This document shows, piece by piece, positions 50,205 through 60,145 of a stretch of DNA of 64,000 nt (its first letter is position 1; each line of letters begins with the position of its first letter). Under the pieces are notes generated by a model, which was not told the DNA's origin, made no database searches, and was given only the letters and a program-made list of their open reading frames with translations. The translations under genes were made by a program, and so were the position numbers. Source of the DNA: an uncultured Pseudomonadales bacterium (GTDB lineage: Bacteria; Pseudomonadota; Gammaproteobacteria; Pseudomonadales; Pseudohongiellaceae); the NCBI GenBank assembly GCA_938091935.1, contig CALKNV010000035.1, positions 684-64,683 of the forward strand, given 5' to 3'.

Positions 50205-51644
50205 TCAGAACGAGTAGGTGAGTGTCGTTCCAAGACGGATATCTTCATCGAAAACAGTCAGGAATGACCCGGATTTCGCCGAGATACTAATGATCTGGGA
50301 GCTAAGGGACCAGTTGTCATCGAGCGTGTAGTCTACACCGAGGAACACCAGCAGAGACTCAGCGGCAAGATCACCCTGCAGGGTGGCGGACAGAGTCAGG
50401 TCCCCGTTGCGCATGGCATTGCTGTAGCGCACGAGCCAGCTGCCAAAGACGCCGTCGTTGGTCAGGGTCTGACCAGGTTGCAAGCCTTCTTCTGCATCCA
50501 GTAGGGTCTGGGCCTGAATGCCCAGACTCACATTCTGTTCGTTGTCGATGGCATATTCAAAACCGAAAGAGGTACCGATCTGGTCCTTGCGCAGATTGAC
50601 CGGTGTCGACAGTGAACTGGTGCCGGGGAAGGCGAAGCTGTCGGCCAGAATGTTATGGCTGAACGCCAGGTCAAAATTCAGCAGTAGTTTGCCGATAGCC
50701 CGGTTGGCACTGAATCCCAGCAACAAAAAGTCGTTGATGTCGGGGCGGGCGTCGGCGCTGCCGGGTAGAGGAGGATCGTAACGCAGCTGATTTTCATACA
50801 GATAGGCAGCCATCACGGCGATGTCGCTGCCCTCGAATGATTTTTTCCACTGCGTACCTGCTTCCAGCAGTATTTTGCCATCGCGGCTGTAGTCCGGCAG
50901 GTTAAAGCCTGGATCGAAAAACAGTGGGCTGCCTCGCACCGGCGCCGGATTGAATTCAGGGTAGAGATTCACGAAGGTAGAAAGGCTGCTGCTGTTATCT
51001 GTGCCAAAGAAATCCCAAACCAGCATGGCCTGGCTAAGGCGAGCATCTTCGATGTCTATAATAGTGAAGTCGCGAAACTCGCTGTTATTGATGATATCCA
51101 ATACCGAGTTGCCGGCAGTCTCACCCCAAACTACAGTCTGTCGCCCCAGCTTGAAACTGTGGGCGCCGCTGCTGCGCTGAATGAAAAGGTCATTGAGTTG
51201 GCCTTCAGTATCTATGCTGTCCTGATTCGTTGTGTATTCGTAATCCTGATTCCAATAAACCCGGTACCACATGCTGCCCTGGATCAGCCAACCCGGCGCT
51301 ATGGGATTCTGGTAGCGGACATTGAATTGGAGCCGATTTGTTTCCAGATCAGCTTGCTTGGGAAATTTACCGAAAGCACCCAGATCGATGCTGTGATTGT
51401 TGATCTGTCCAGATGTTGACTGACTGATGCGAATAGTAAAGTCTTCGAACCAGGCTTCGGTTGCTGATTGCTCTTCCTCATCGAAGGCACCCGCAAAAAT
51501 GTCATCGTCAAAACCAAAGTCGACGCTGGGGTCGAAGCTCACGTCTGGGTCAAGCACCAGCGGCTCATCCTGCCCCTGCGCGGTTGCGGCGCTGGATAAC
51601 AAGGCCAGGACCAGGCCAGTGCGAGGGAGTCGCGGCATTCGCAT
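50205..51644 (-). CDS. putative outer-membrane beta-barrel protein (DUF1302-like)
   Basis: Start at MRMPRLPRTGLVLALLSSAATAQG, 10 nt after the upstream stop. Contains FKLGRQTVVWGE and has a C-terminal Phe (TLTYSF). Confidence 0.62.
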   Translation of the reverse strand: MRMPRLPRTGLVLALLSSAATAQGQDEPLVLDPDVSFDPSVDFGFDDDIFAGAFDEEEQSATEAWFEDFTIRISQSTSGQINNHSIDLGAFGKFPKQADLETNRLQFNVRYQNPIAPGWLIQGSMWYRVYWNQDYEYTTNQDSIDTEGQLNDLFIQRSSGAHSFKLGRQTVVWGETAGNSVLDIINNSEFRDFTIIDIEDARLSQAMLVWDFFGTDNSSSLSTFVNLYPEFNPAPVRGSPLFFDPGFNLPDYSRDGKILLEAGTQWKKSFEGSDIAVMAAYLYENQLRYDPPLPGSADARPDINDFLLLGFSANRAIGKLLLNFDLAFSHNILADSFAFPGTSSLSTPVNLRKDQIGTSFGFEYAIDNEQNVSLGIQAQTLLDAEEGLQPGQTLTNDGVFGSWLVRYSNAMRNGDLTLSATLQGDLAAESLLVFLGVDYTLDDNWSLSSQIISISAKSGSFLTVFDEDIRLGTTLTYSF

Positions 51645-51654
51645 GACCCTTGGT

Positions 51655-52545
51655 CTAGTCGACCTGTTGGCGAAGCTTTTCCAACTCGGTCTCGCGGAAT
51701 GCCACATCGGTCAGGGTGCGGGTGGTGAGGAACTCATCTTCCACGGCTATATCGGTGTGAATCTCGAGGAACGCCATATTGGAAAGGCGGTTGCTTACCA
51801 GATTCATCATGGTAAGCGAACGGGCCATCCAGGTGCCGTTTACCAATTCCACCCTGGAAGCTAGCAGGCGTTTAATTTCATTGTCGTACTGATCGAACAT
51901 TTCAACCCGCAGCACGATAAAACGCTCCTTATCCACGTAGTTAATGGTTTTTGAATAGCGGGATTTGCGTGCGCGTTCTGCATTGGGGATGAGTTCGATT
52001 TTCCAGACCTCGCGATCACCCTCAGTAGTCTCTTCGAGAACCCTGATCTCATACTCTTCCAGCTTGCCGGTGTCGGTATCCTCGGTGGTGAACTCCGAGC
52101 CAAACACCGAGGCAGGCTCCGAATCGTCATCTGAGTTGCCGCTAGCGATGCGTTTGACCCGCCCCAGGGCTGACAAATACAACCAGGTCTCATTGTCCCG
52201 CTGGGTATCGTCATAGGCATAGCTCAACATACCAACGCCGCGCTCGGCTGCGGGTTCGAGCACTATAGTGACACTCTTGGTGTCTTTGCCGTCGTCACCA
52301 AAATTCTTGCCTACAGATTCCAGCGACTTGATGCGGGGGCGTTCTGCACAGGTGATGCGGCTGTCCTTGATGCCAAAGCGGCAGGTGGACAACTGCATGC
52401 GATTGAAAGCGGAGTCGGACGTGGCGCGCTGGTTTTCTTCTACCCGCTCCATGATTTCCAGCCCGGTCATGTCCTGTGCGCTGGCAAGGCTGGCAATCAG
52501 GCTGGTGATTATTAACGAAGCACCGAATACGGGACGCAAGTTCAT
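51655..52545 (-). CDS. LolA-like outer-membrane lipoprotein-sorting family protein
   Basis: Signal peptide, plus WLYLSALGRVKRIA and GSEFTTED, which are typical of the LolA_like family that accompanies COG1033 exporters. Confidence 0.7.
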   Translation of the reverse strand: MNLRPVFGASLIITSLIASLASAQDMTGLEIMERVEENQRATSDSAFNRMQLSTCRFGIKDSRITCAERPRIKSLESVGKNFGDDGKDTKSVTIVLEPAAERGVGMLSYAYDDTQRDNETWLYLSALGRVKRIASGNSDDDSEPASVFGSEFTTEDTDTGKLEEYEIRVLEETTEGDREVWKIELIPNAERARKSRYSKTINYVDKERFIVLRVEMFDQYDNEIKRLLASRVELVNGTWMARSLTMMNLVSNRLSNMAFLEIHTDIAVEDEFLTTRTLTDVAFRETELEKLRQQVD

Positions 52546-55286
52546 GCCATTTTCTCCATAAAAGTAATTCTAGTATCGGCATCCTTGACGCCAAAGGTAG
52601 GCTTGAAAATCATTATCATAGCGGGAATCAGAAACAGGTCGCATAGCAGCGCAACGAAGATAGCCGCGGAGCCGAAGAAACCCATTTTCGCCATGCCTAG
52701 ATAGTCGGAAAAACTGAGCAGAGCGAAGCCCAGTCCCAATACCATGGTGGTAAACATCACCGCCTGTCCCACATCTCGAATAGTGGCAATAAGTGATTCG
52801 CTGATACTACCGGTCCTGATTAGTTCTACCCGGTAGTGCGTCATGAAGTGGATAGTATCGTCCACGGCGATGCCGATGATTAGTGGTGCGATCAACAGAG
52901 TGTCAGTGTCCAGGGCGATGCTCAGCAGCCCCATCATGCCGAATCCGAGCAGGGCCGGGATCACGTTGGGAATCATGGCCATGAGTCCACCCTGCAGGGA
53001 GCCCAGTGTCACGACCATGATGACGCTGATTACGGCTATGGCAAAGGTAAAGCTGGAAAACTGTGAGTTGGCCACCTCATCCGCCATGCGCATCAACAGG
53101 GCCATGGAGCCGGTGAGATAGACTTCCAGTTCCGGAAACTCCTGCTCCAGATCGGCAAATATTTCGTCAATCTCCACGGAGATTTCGTCGAAGAAAAGCT
53201 GATACTGGTAGCTACCGGCGTTGTAAATGTTGAGGGAGATATGAGAGCGGCTGTAATCGTCGGATACGAGTGCGCGACGGTCTTCGGGATTGGCACTGTT
53301 AAACAGGTACAGCAACTGAGAGATCATCTGCTCGTCATCCGGCACCCGGTAATAGGCTGGATCATCATCGCTCATAATCTGATAGGTATCTTTAACGATG
53401 TTGGCCAGGGAGTTGGTGCGCGTGACCTGGTCGGCGTAGCGGCTTTCGATACGGCTCTGTAGTTCATCGATAGCCTGCATCAGGCGCGGATTGTACAAAC
53501 CGTCGGTGGTGTGGGTGTCCACCATGATGACCATAGACATGGCGCCGGCCATGTTCTCGTCCACGGTCTCATAGGCCACCCGGATCGAACTGCCTTCTTT
53601 GGTGAGTTCGGTCATATTGGAATCGATGCGAAGCAGTGTCATGCCGTAGGCGCACACGACAAAAAGCGTGGCAAAAAGACCCAGCACTACCCAGGGACGA
53701 CGGGCAACGATGTAAGGCACATAGGAAAGAATCTGCAGCTGCCAGTTTACAACAATATAGGTCATCAATGAGATGACGGTGATATACGTGCCAACCCACA
53801 AGCCGAGCAGGGCATATACCGCGATGAAATAGACCACGGCGAGGCCCGCTTTCTTGCCAATATATAAATCGTTCCAGCGTTTGCCGATGCGGTCAGCCAG
53901 GCTGGCGTCCTGGGCTTCCGGTGCCCCGGGATGCCAGACATCCAGCAGGATTGGCAGCAAGACGATGGTAAAAAAGAATGCCATGACTACACCGAAGGCA
54001 GACATCAGTCCAAATACCTGAATGGGGAGCAGGTCGGATGTGGTAAGAGCCAGCACCCCCGCCATGGTGGTGACGGTAGTTACCATGATCGCCAGTCCGG
54101 TCTTGCCATAGGAAAGGGAGAGGGCATCATAATGGTCCTCACCCTGGCGCCGGTAGCTGAAATAGGCACTCATGACATGAACGCAATCGGCGATGCCCAC
54201 CGCAAACACCAGCAGCACCGTGAGTGAAATCATCTGAGAAATAGTAACCCCAAGCCACACCGTGATTCCCCAGGTCCAGGCCATGCTGGCCGCGATTGTG
54301 ACCATGGGCCATAGCACCGCGCTAAAACTGCGGAACAGGATGTACAGCAGCAAGGTGAAAATTAGCACCATGACGATACCCAGGGTCATCATCTGGGTCA
54401 GGGTATCCATCATGAATTCCATCATGGGCGGGTTGCCCACCGGATAGAATTCGAACTGATCCGAATACTTTTCGTACAGCGCCTTGGTGATAATGTGGAA
54501 ATTGGTGTAGCCCAACATGTCTACCGGCTCAAATGAGACATCCTGGATCTCGGCGCTTTCATCAAATTCCAGGTCGAAGCTGTCGGCATCTGCAAAGGCA
54601 TCGAAGTCGACGAAGCTATCGTCCAGCACGATGTCGGCGGCATTGACTGCAGGTTCATAGTCTGCGATCGGCTGCGCACCGAAATCGGTCTGAATCATTA
54701 TTGCGGCATAGCGTGCATCGGCAGAGTAAAAGGCCAGCAGGTAGTCTTCCTGCTCCATGGCGCGGGCCTTGATGGCAGCCAGTTCCTCGGCAGTTTCAGG
54801 GATCTGTTGGGGAACCAGTCGATTCGAAAGCAGCGTATCGCCCTGATTTTCCTGATAACGGATGTTGGCAATCGACTGCACCCGGCGCACATGATTGAGT
54901 TCATTAAAATCGAGTGCGATGCCATTGATTGACTCCGGATAATCCGCTGGATCCAATTGCTGCCAGAAGCGCAGATCATCAGTGAGTTGCTGGATTGCCA
55001 CCAGGGATTCGCGCGAAAACACGTCCCCGTCTTTGGCCCGATACACCAGGAACACGGAGTCGTCACTGCCGAACTGACGGCGGTATTCATTCAAGGCCAG
55101 CATGGACGGATCTTCCTGGTCCAGGAAGCTGTCGGTGGTCATGTCCAGTTCAGTGCGAGTGTAGATTCCCCACACCATCATGGCGCTGATAACGATCAGA
55201 CCAGTGAGGACAAATTGCTTATAGCGCAACACCCGGTTGGGTGCCTGCGCGAAAGCATCGCTGAGCGCGATTAAGATTCTCTCCAT
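52542..55286 (-). CDS. RND-superfamily exporter (MMPL/COG1033-type, 12 TM with two large periplasmic loops)
   Basis: 914 aa with two 6-TM bundles and MMPL-like repeats. It shares an ATGA overlap with the LolA-like gene. Confidence 0.82.
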   Translation of the reverse strand: MERILIALSDAFAQAPNRVLRYKQFVLTGLIVISAMMVWGIYTRTELDMTTDSFLDQEDPSMLALNEYRRQFGSDDSVFLVYRAKDGDVFSRESLVAIQQLTDDLRFWQQLDPADYPESINGIALDFNELNHVRRVQSIANIRYQENQGDTLLSNRLVPQQIPETAEELAAIKARAMEQEDYLLAFYSADARYAAIMIQTDFGAQPIADYEPAVNAADIVLDDSFVDFDAFADADSFDLEFDESAEIQDVSFEPVDMLGYTNFHIITKALYEKYSDQFEFYPVGNPPMMEFMMDTLTQMMTLGIVMVLIFTLLLYILFRSFSAVLWPMVTIAASMAWTWGITVWLGVTISQMISLTVLLVFAVGIADCVHVMSAYFSYRRQGEDHYDALSLSYGKTGLAIMVTTVTTMAGVLALTTSDLLPIQVFGLMSAFGVVMAFFFTIVLLPILLDVWHPGAPEAQDASLADRIGKRWNDLYIGKKAGLAVVYFIAVYALLGLWVGTYITVISLMTYIVVNWQLQILSYVPYIVARRPWVVLGLFATLFVVCAYGMTLLRIDSNMTELTKEGSSIRVAYETVDENMAGAMSMVIMVDTHTTDGLYNPRLMQAIDELQSRIESRYADQVTRTNSLANIVKDTYQIMSDDDPAYYRVPDDEQMISQLLYLFNSANPEDRRALVSDDYSRSHISLNIYNAGSYQYQLFFDEISVEIDEIFADLEQEFPELEVYLTGSMALLMRMADEVANSQFSSFTFAIAVISVIMVVTLGSLQGGLMAMIPNVIPALLGFGMMGLLSIALDTDTLLIAPLIIGIAVDDTIHFMTHYRVELIRTGSISESLIATIRDVGQAVMFTTMVLGLGFALLSFSDYLGMAKMGFFGSAAIFVALLCDLFLIPAMIMIFKPTFGVKDADTRITFMEKMA

Positions 55287-55525
55287 GTTTACTGCTCCTC
55301 AGGTGCCGGTGGCATCGGCCCAGAGTTTTTGTGAGTTCCGAGACTGCAGGGAAATCCTGCAGGCTGTCTCTTTTGTTTCTTGCCCAGTTATTTGCCCATA
55401 CAGTCGTTTAAACCGGGTAAACGGTTCAGTATGGAACTGGCAGAGTCGAAAAGGTCTGTATGCCCTCTATGAAGTTTCTCAATGATAGCTGTTGCTGACG
55501 CTTCACGCACCTGGGCCTGAGAATT

Positions 55526-55840
55526 TTATGGGCAGCGGTAAACATCGAAACGCTGTTGGCCATCGGTAACCTCATTGGTGGCGACGATGACGTTACCTCC
55601 CATGTCACCTGCCTCATTCCGGGCCAGGGCAAATAACTCGTCCTGTTGCCGTTCGCTGCTGCGTTCGATAAGCAGCAGGCGATCCATGGTCGAGGAACTG
55701 GCTCGTCCCATGCGTTCACAGTTGCTGACCTGTGAGATTGATCGGATTTCAACCTGCTGACCCGCGGCGGTGAGCTGTACCCAACTACTGCAGGCAGCAA
55801 ATGTCAGGAAAAAAACACAAGCGATGAAAAGTCTAAACAT
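55526..55840 (-). CDS. DUF4156-family lipoprotein
   Basis: Lipobox TFAACSS, with C..C spacing and the ARNEAGDMGGNVIV motif typical of DUF4156. Confidence 0.7.
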   Translation of the reverse strand: MFRLFIACVFFLTFAACSSWVQLTAAGQQVEIRSISQVSNCERMGRASSSTMDRLLLIERSSERQQDELFALARNEAGDMGGNVIVATNEVTDGQQRFDVYRCP

Positions 55841-55985
55841 GGTGGCTATCCTCTGATGATTGGGTGGCTTGCTATTAGCGCCAGATTTGTCACACTGCCA
55901 GCGCCGAGCCCAATGGACTGCGGGCTATGTTACCATCTCCCGGTTCCCAAATTAGCTAACAAGGTCAATAAAAGAGAAGCAGATT

Positions 55986-57380
55986 TTGAGTTCCCCTGTC
56001 GACGCAGAACTGATTGAGCAGCTCAAGGCCATTGTTGGTCCCGCTGGCTTCCGTGAAGGCGAGGATATTGACCTCAAGAACTATAAGGACTGGATGGGAG
56101 CAAGGTCGATTTGTCCCCCCTTGTTGCTGCGCCCCGATTCGACCCAGCAGGTTTCCGCTATCCTGAAGGCCTGCCATGCGTCCGGACATTCAGTCGCGCC
56201 ACAGGGTGGCATGACTGGTTTAGTATCCGCCGCTGCACCGCAGAAAAATGAGATTGCCCTCAGCCTTGAACGCATGAAGCAGGTAATAGAGGTAGATCCT
56301 GTTACCGCCACCATGACAGTTGAGGCTGGGGTGGAGTTGCAGACAATTCAGGAGCAAGCCGACAGTCTTGATTTACTATTTCCCCTGGACTTGGGCGCGA
56401 GAGGTAGCTGCACAATTGGCGGCAACCTGTCGACTAACGCAGGTGGTAATCGGGTGATCCGCTACGGTATGGCCCGAGACCTGGTGGTTGGTTTGGAGGC
56501 AGTGCTACCGGATGGCACTATCATCGATGGTATTCATAAATTGCGTAAAAACAATACAGGTTACGATCTCAAACAGTTGTTCATTGGCAGCGAAGGCACA
56601 TTAGGGATCATCACTCGTGTTGTTCTCAAACTGGCGCCAAAACCAAACAGTCAGTCAGTGGCGCTGTGCGGGGTGAAGGATTTCGACAAGGTCTCAGCGC
56701 TACTTGTGCATATGCAGTCCGCGCTCGGGGCAAACCTGACTGCATTCGAAGTGCTGTGGAATAATACTTATGCTCTGGTTGATGAGAAGGTGCCGCATGT
56801 CACTGTTCCGTTAGGAGCAGAGCATGCTTACTATGTTTTGGTTGAAAGCATGGGGTCTAATGCTGGCAATGACGCCGAGCTATTTGTCGATGCATTGGGC
56901 GGGGCCAATGAGCAGGGCCTGGTAGCTGATGCGGTAATCGCTGATTCTGATACCAAGATTGGTAGCCTGTGGGCGGTGAGAGACGGTGCCGCAGAAGTGA
57001 TGGGTATCGGCTTCATGCATGCCTATGATGTGAGTCTTGATATCGCCGACATGGGCTATTTTGGCGAAGAAGTTGAGCGACGTCTGCGTGAGGTGTGGCC
57101 CGATGCGGTGATGGGACTGTTTGGGCATATAGGTGATGGTAATGTGCATATCATTATCAACGTCGGCCCAGACACGAAGTCCCTGCATCTGCAGATTGAC
57201 GAAGTGATCTACAGACTGATTCAAGAGCTGAATGGTTCAATTTCCGCTGAACACGGTATCGGCGTGATGAAGAAGCCCTTTCTTGGCTACAGCAAGAGCG
57301 AGGCAGAGATCACACTGATGAAATCTTTAAAACAAGCAATAGATCCCAAGGGTATTCTTAATCCTGGCCGGATTTTCTAA
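55986..57380 (+). CDS. FAD-linked oxidase (GlcD / D-2-hydroxyacid dehydrogenase family)
   Basis: Contains APQGGMTGLVSAA, GGNLSTNAGGNRVIRYG, EHGIGVMK and DPKGILNPGRIF. TTG start. Confidence 0.88.
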   Translation: MSSPVDAELIEQLKAIVGPAGFREGEDIDLKNYKDWMGARSICPPLLLRPDSTQQVSAILKACHASGHSVAPQGGMTGLVSAAAPQKNEIALSLERMKQVIEVDPVTATMTVEAGVELQTIQEQADSLDLLFPLDLGARGSCTIGGNLSTNAGGNRVIRYGMARDLVVGLEAVLPDGTIIDGIHKLRKNNTGYDLKQLFIGSEGTLGIITRVVLKLAPKPNSQSVALCGVKDFDKVSALLVHMQSALGANLTAFEVLWNNTYALVDEKVPHVTVPLGAEHAYYVLVESMGSNAGNDAELFVDALGGANEQGLVADAVIADSDTKIGSLWAVRDGAAEVMGIGFMHAYDVSLDIADMGYFGEEVERRLREVWPDAVMGLFGHIGDGNVHIIINVGPDTKSLHLQIDEVIYRLIQELNGSISAEHGIGVMKKPFLGYSKSEAEITLMKSLKQAIDPKGILNPGRIF

Positions 57381-57400
57381 GATAAAACAGGGAGTAAGAC

Positions 57401-58126
57401 ATGCCAAACAACAACCTTGAAGGCAAGAACGTAGTCATCATTGGTGGCACTGCAGGCATTGGCCTGGCCGCCGCTAAAATGGCCAGTGAGTTAGGTGCCA
57501 ATGTATGGGCAGCCGGGCGTTCAGAGGGGCATATTGCGACTGCCAAAGAAGTCAGTGGTGGCAGCTTCGAGGTCAGGCAGGCGGATACCCATGACGCTGA
57601 AGCGCTCGATGCGATCTTCCAGGAAGCTGGACAGATCCATCATCTGGTATCCGCTGCGGTGGGTGGTGAACGTACTCTGCTACCATTCCTGCAGCAAACC
57701 CAGGAACAATTCCAGGCCGCCTATGACAAGCTCTGGGGTTATTGTAACGTGGTGCGCGTCGGTGCTCCCTACCTTGAGGACGATGGGGCAATAACCCTCG
57801 TAAGTGGTTCACCCGCACGCAAGCTGGCAGCAGGACAATCTCCCTTGAGTTGTGTCGGAGCTTCAGTCGAAAATCTCGTACGATGTCTGGCACTGGAATT
57901 GGCGCCGATCAGAGTTAACGTGGTTTCACCAGGGACCATTGACACAGCAATGTTTGACCACTTTGGTGAGGAAAAACAAGAGCGCCTCAATGCGATGACT
58001 GCATCGCACCTCATCAAGCGGGCAGGCACCTCGGAAGAGGTGGCCTCGGGTATCCTGTTTGTGATGCAAAATGAGTTCGCCACGGGTACGACTGTCGACG
58101 TCGATGGTGGACGCTTGCTGAGTTAG
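57401..58126 (+). CDS. short-chain dehydrogenase/reductase (SDR)
   Basis: Contains IIGGTAGIGLAAAK and RVNVVSPGTIDT. Confidence 0.88.
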   Translation: MPNNNLEGKNVVIIGGTAGIGLAAAKMASELGANVWAAGRSEGHIATAKEVSGGSFEVRQADTHDAEALDAIFQEAGQIHHLVSAAVGGERTLLPFLQQTQEQFQAAYDKLWGYCNVVRVGAPYLEDDGAITLVSGSPARKLAAGQSPLSCVGASVENLVRCLALELAPIRVNVVSPGTIDTAMFDHFGEEKQERLNAMTASHLIKRAGTSEEVASGILFVMQNEFATGTTVDVDGGRLLS

Positions 58127-58177
58127 ATCCATCAAGTCACGCGATTGAGAAATTAGAACTAATTACTGGAGCAACAA

Positions 58178-58882
58178 GTGCTAGATGTAGCTGAGAACCT
58201 GGGCGTTGACCCGGACCTGAGTCTGATCGACGCGGTGTATGCCCGTCGATCTGTACGCGGTTACCTGGATAAGGAAGTGCCGCAAAATGTGCTGAACCGG
58301 ATTTTTGAGATCGCCCAGCAGTCACCTTCTAATTGCAATGTGCAGCCCTGGAAGGTGTACGTGGCTTCAGGTGAACTGAAAGAGCGCCTGCGCAAGCAAA
58401 TGGTTGAGAATACCGTGGGCGCGGTGCCACCTAATCCCGACTATGAATATCGCGGCGACTTTGCTGATGAGTATCGAACCCGGCAAGTGGAATGTGCCGT
58501 GGCCCTGTATTCGAAAATGGGTATCGAGCGTGGCGATAAAGAAGGGCGCATGCGGGCGGTGTTGCGGAACTTCGAGTTTTTTGATGCGCCTTACATCGCT
58601 TTTATCGGTATGAATCCTAATTTTGGCACCACTGTCGCTATTGATGTTGGCATGTGGGCCCAGACCCTGATGTTGACCATGGTGGCTTTTGGCTTGCACA
58701 GCTGCCCAATGGGTACGATGCGGAATTACCCGGATATGGTGCGAGAAGCCTTTGATATTCAGGATGGTACGAAAATATTATTCGGGATAAGCTTCGGCTA
58801 CGAAGATCCAGCGGTACCGGCTAACGAAACCCGGACCACCAGGGACTCTATCTCTACTAATGTAGTGTTCAAATCGGCTTAG
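58178..58882 (+). CDS. nitroreductase-family protein
   Basis: Contains RRSVRGYLDKEVP and SPSNCNVQPWK. GTG start. Confidence 0.82.
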   Translation: MLDVAENLGVDPDLSLIDAVYARRSVRGYLDKEVPQNVLNRIFEIAQQSPSNCNVQPWKVYVASGELKERLRKQMVENTVGAVPPNPDYEYRGDFADEYRTRQVECAVALYSKMGIERGDKEGRMRAVLRNFEFFDAPYIAFIGMNPNFGTTVAIDVGMWAQTLMLTMVAFGLHSCPMGTMRNYPDMVREAFDIQDGTKILFGISFGYEDPAVPANETRTTRDSISTNVVFKSA

Positions 58883-58888
58883 CAGTCT

Positions 58889-59374
58889 ATGAGCTTTAAA
58901 CCTGTCGTTCTGCTGTATGACCTTGATAATGAACTGGTCGACGAGTGCTCCACACTCATTGGCCATACTGGTTTGTACACCACGATCAACACCTATAACG
59001 AAACCAATGCGCTGGAAGTCATTCAGCAGTACAACCGGGGCTATGGTCTGCTGACAAACCGTCTCTCCTGCGTGATTACTGGCTGGAATAGCTACAAGAA
59101 GCCAAGGGATCAACTACTGTTCAAGATGAGAGCACAGGAGAAGCGCAGCCCGCTGCGTGGGCCAACACCTGTCATCATCATCACCGAAGATCATCGCCTG
59201 GACTTGCGACAACTGGCCCTGGATCCAATGGACGGTTATGTTGCTGCCTACCTGCATGCCGATGATTTTCAGGAACACATCAGCGATATTTTGCACAAGA
59301 TCGTGTTCGGTAACCGGGCCCATGAGATGAACTCCATAGCCTATGCCAAGCTCCAGCGCGAGCAGGATGAGTGA
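58889..59374 (+). CDS. pseudo-receiver (REC-fold-like) protein lacking the phospho-acceptor Asp
   Basis: REC-like beta/alpha pattern: VVLLYDLD, NALEVIQQ, LSCVITGWN in place of DxxxxD-MP, and PVIIITED. The gene starts 7 nt after the nitroreductase stop. Confidence 0.45.
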   Translation: MSFKPVVLLYDLDNELVDECSTLIGHTGLYTTINTYNETNALEVIQQYNRGYGLLTNRLSCVITGWNSYKKPRDQLLFKMRAQEKRSPLRGPTPVIIITEDHRLDLRQLALDPMDGYVAAYLHADDFQEHISDILHKIVFGNRAHEMNSIAYAKLQREQDE

Positions 59375-59688
59375 CCCCCGAGCGGACGGATTGCAGGCAA
59401 TGCCTGACCTGACTGTCTTTGCCTACTGGCTGATACCTATCGGATTGTGGCGCGCCAAGTGGCCTGTTGGGTGTGCCACTGCATGAGAAACTTCTCTTAC
59501 CTCCGGGCCAGGTTTGCCAATTCTTGGTGAAATTACCCAACTCCCGGTATTCGTAATTTCTGTAAGTTGATGATATTAATTAATATTCCTTGATAGCCCG
59601 AACCTTGCTGCGGTTTGCAGGTCAAGTTGGAATCAAATAATTGGGTAGTGCACCCACTGAATAAACAGCAAGCGTCTGCCAAGGAGAC

Positions 59689-59952
59689 TTGATTATGCAA
59701 GCAACGATGCAACTTTTCGGCATCATGATGGCTGTCATGCTGCCTGTGAGCCTCATCGTGTTCATCACGGAGTATTTCAAATATAAGAAGAACACCAGTG
59801 CGCAGCTCGGAGACCTGCAGAAAGAGTTGGAAAAGCATTCAACCAAGGAGCTCATGCAGGAAGTGGCTGAGCTTAAGGAGCGGATTGTGGTGCTTGAGAG
59901 CATCGTGACTGATCGCAGCTACGATCTAGAGCGAAAAATCGGCAATCTTTGA
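59689..59952 (+). CDS. small single-TM protein, PspB-like (tentative)
   Basis: A TM segment is followed by a helical tail containing ELKERIVVLESIVTD, which resembles the PspB RIQALESIL region. AAGGAGA SD. Confidence 0.4.
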   Translation: MIMQATMQLFGIMMAVMLPVSLIVFITEYFKYKKNTSAQLGDLQKELEKHSTKELMQEVAELKERIVVLESIVTDRSYDLERKIGNL

Positions 59953-60145
59953 ACGTAGTGGGCCACACCGGCTCGTTTCCCGGGTCGTGAACAGTGCTGT
60001 AAATTCCCCACTGGAGCGGCGTGTCAGCTAACCCCGCTCTAGTCGCTCAACAAGGTAAGCCGCCTGCGCACAGGTAATTGCGAAAGCGGCTTTTGGCTTT
60101 GATCGTTCTGATCTTGCTGTTGAATTTCAACCGTCCGGCTTGCTA

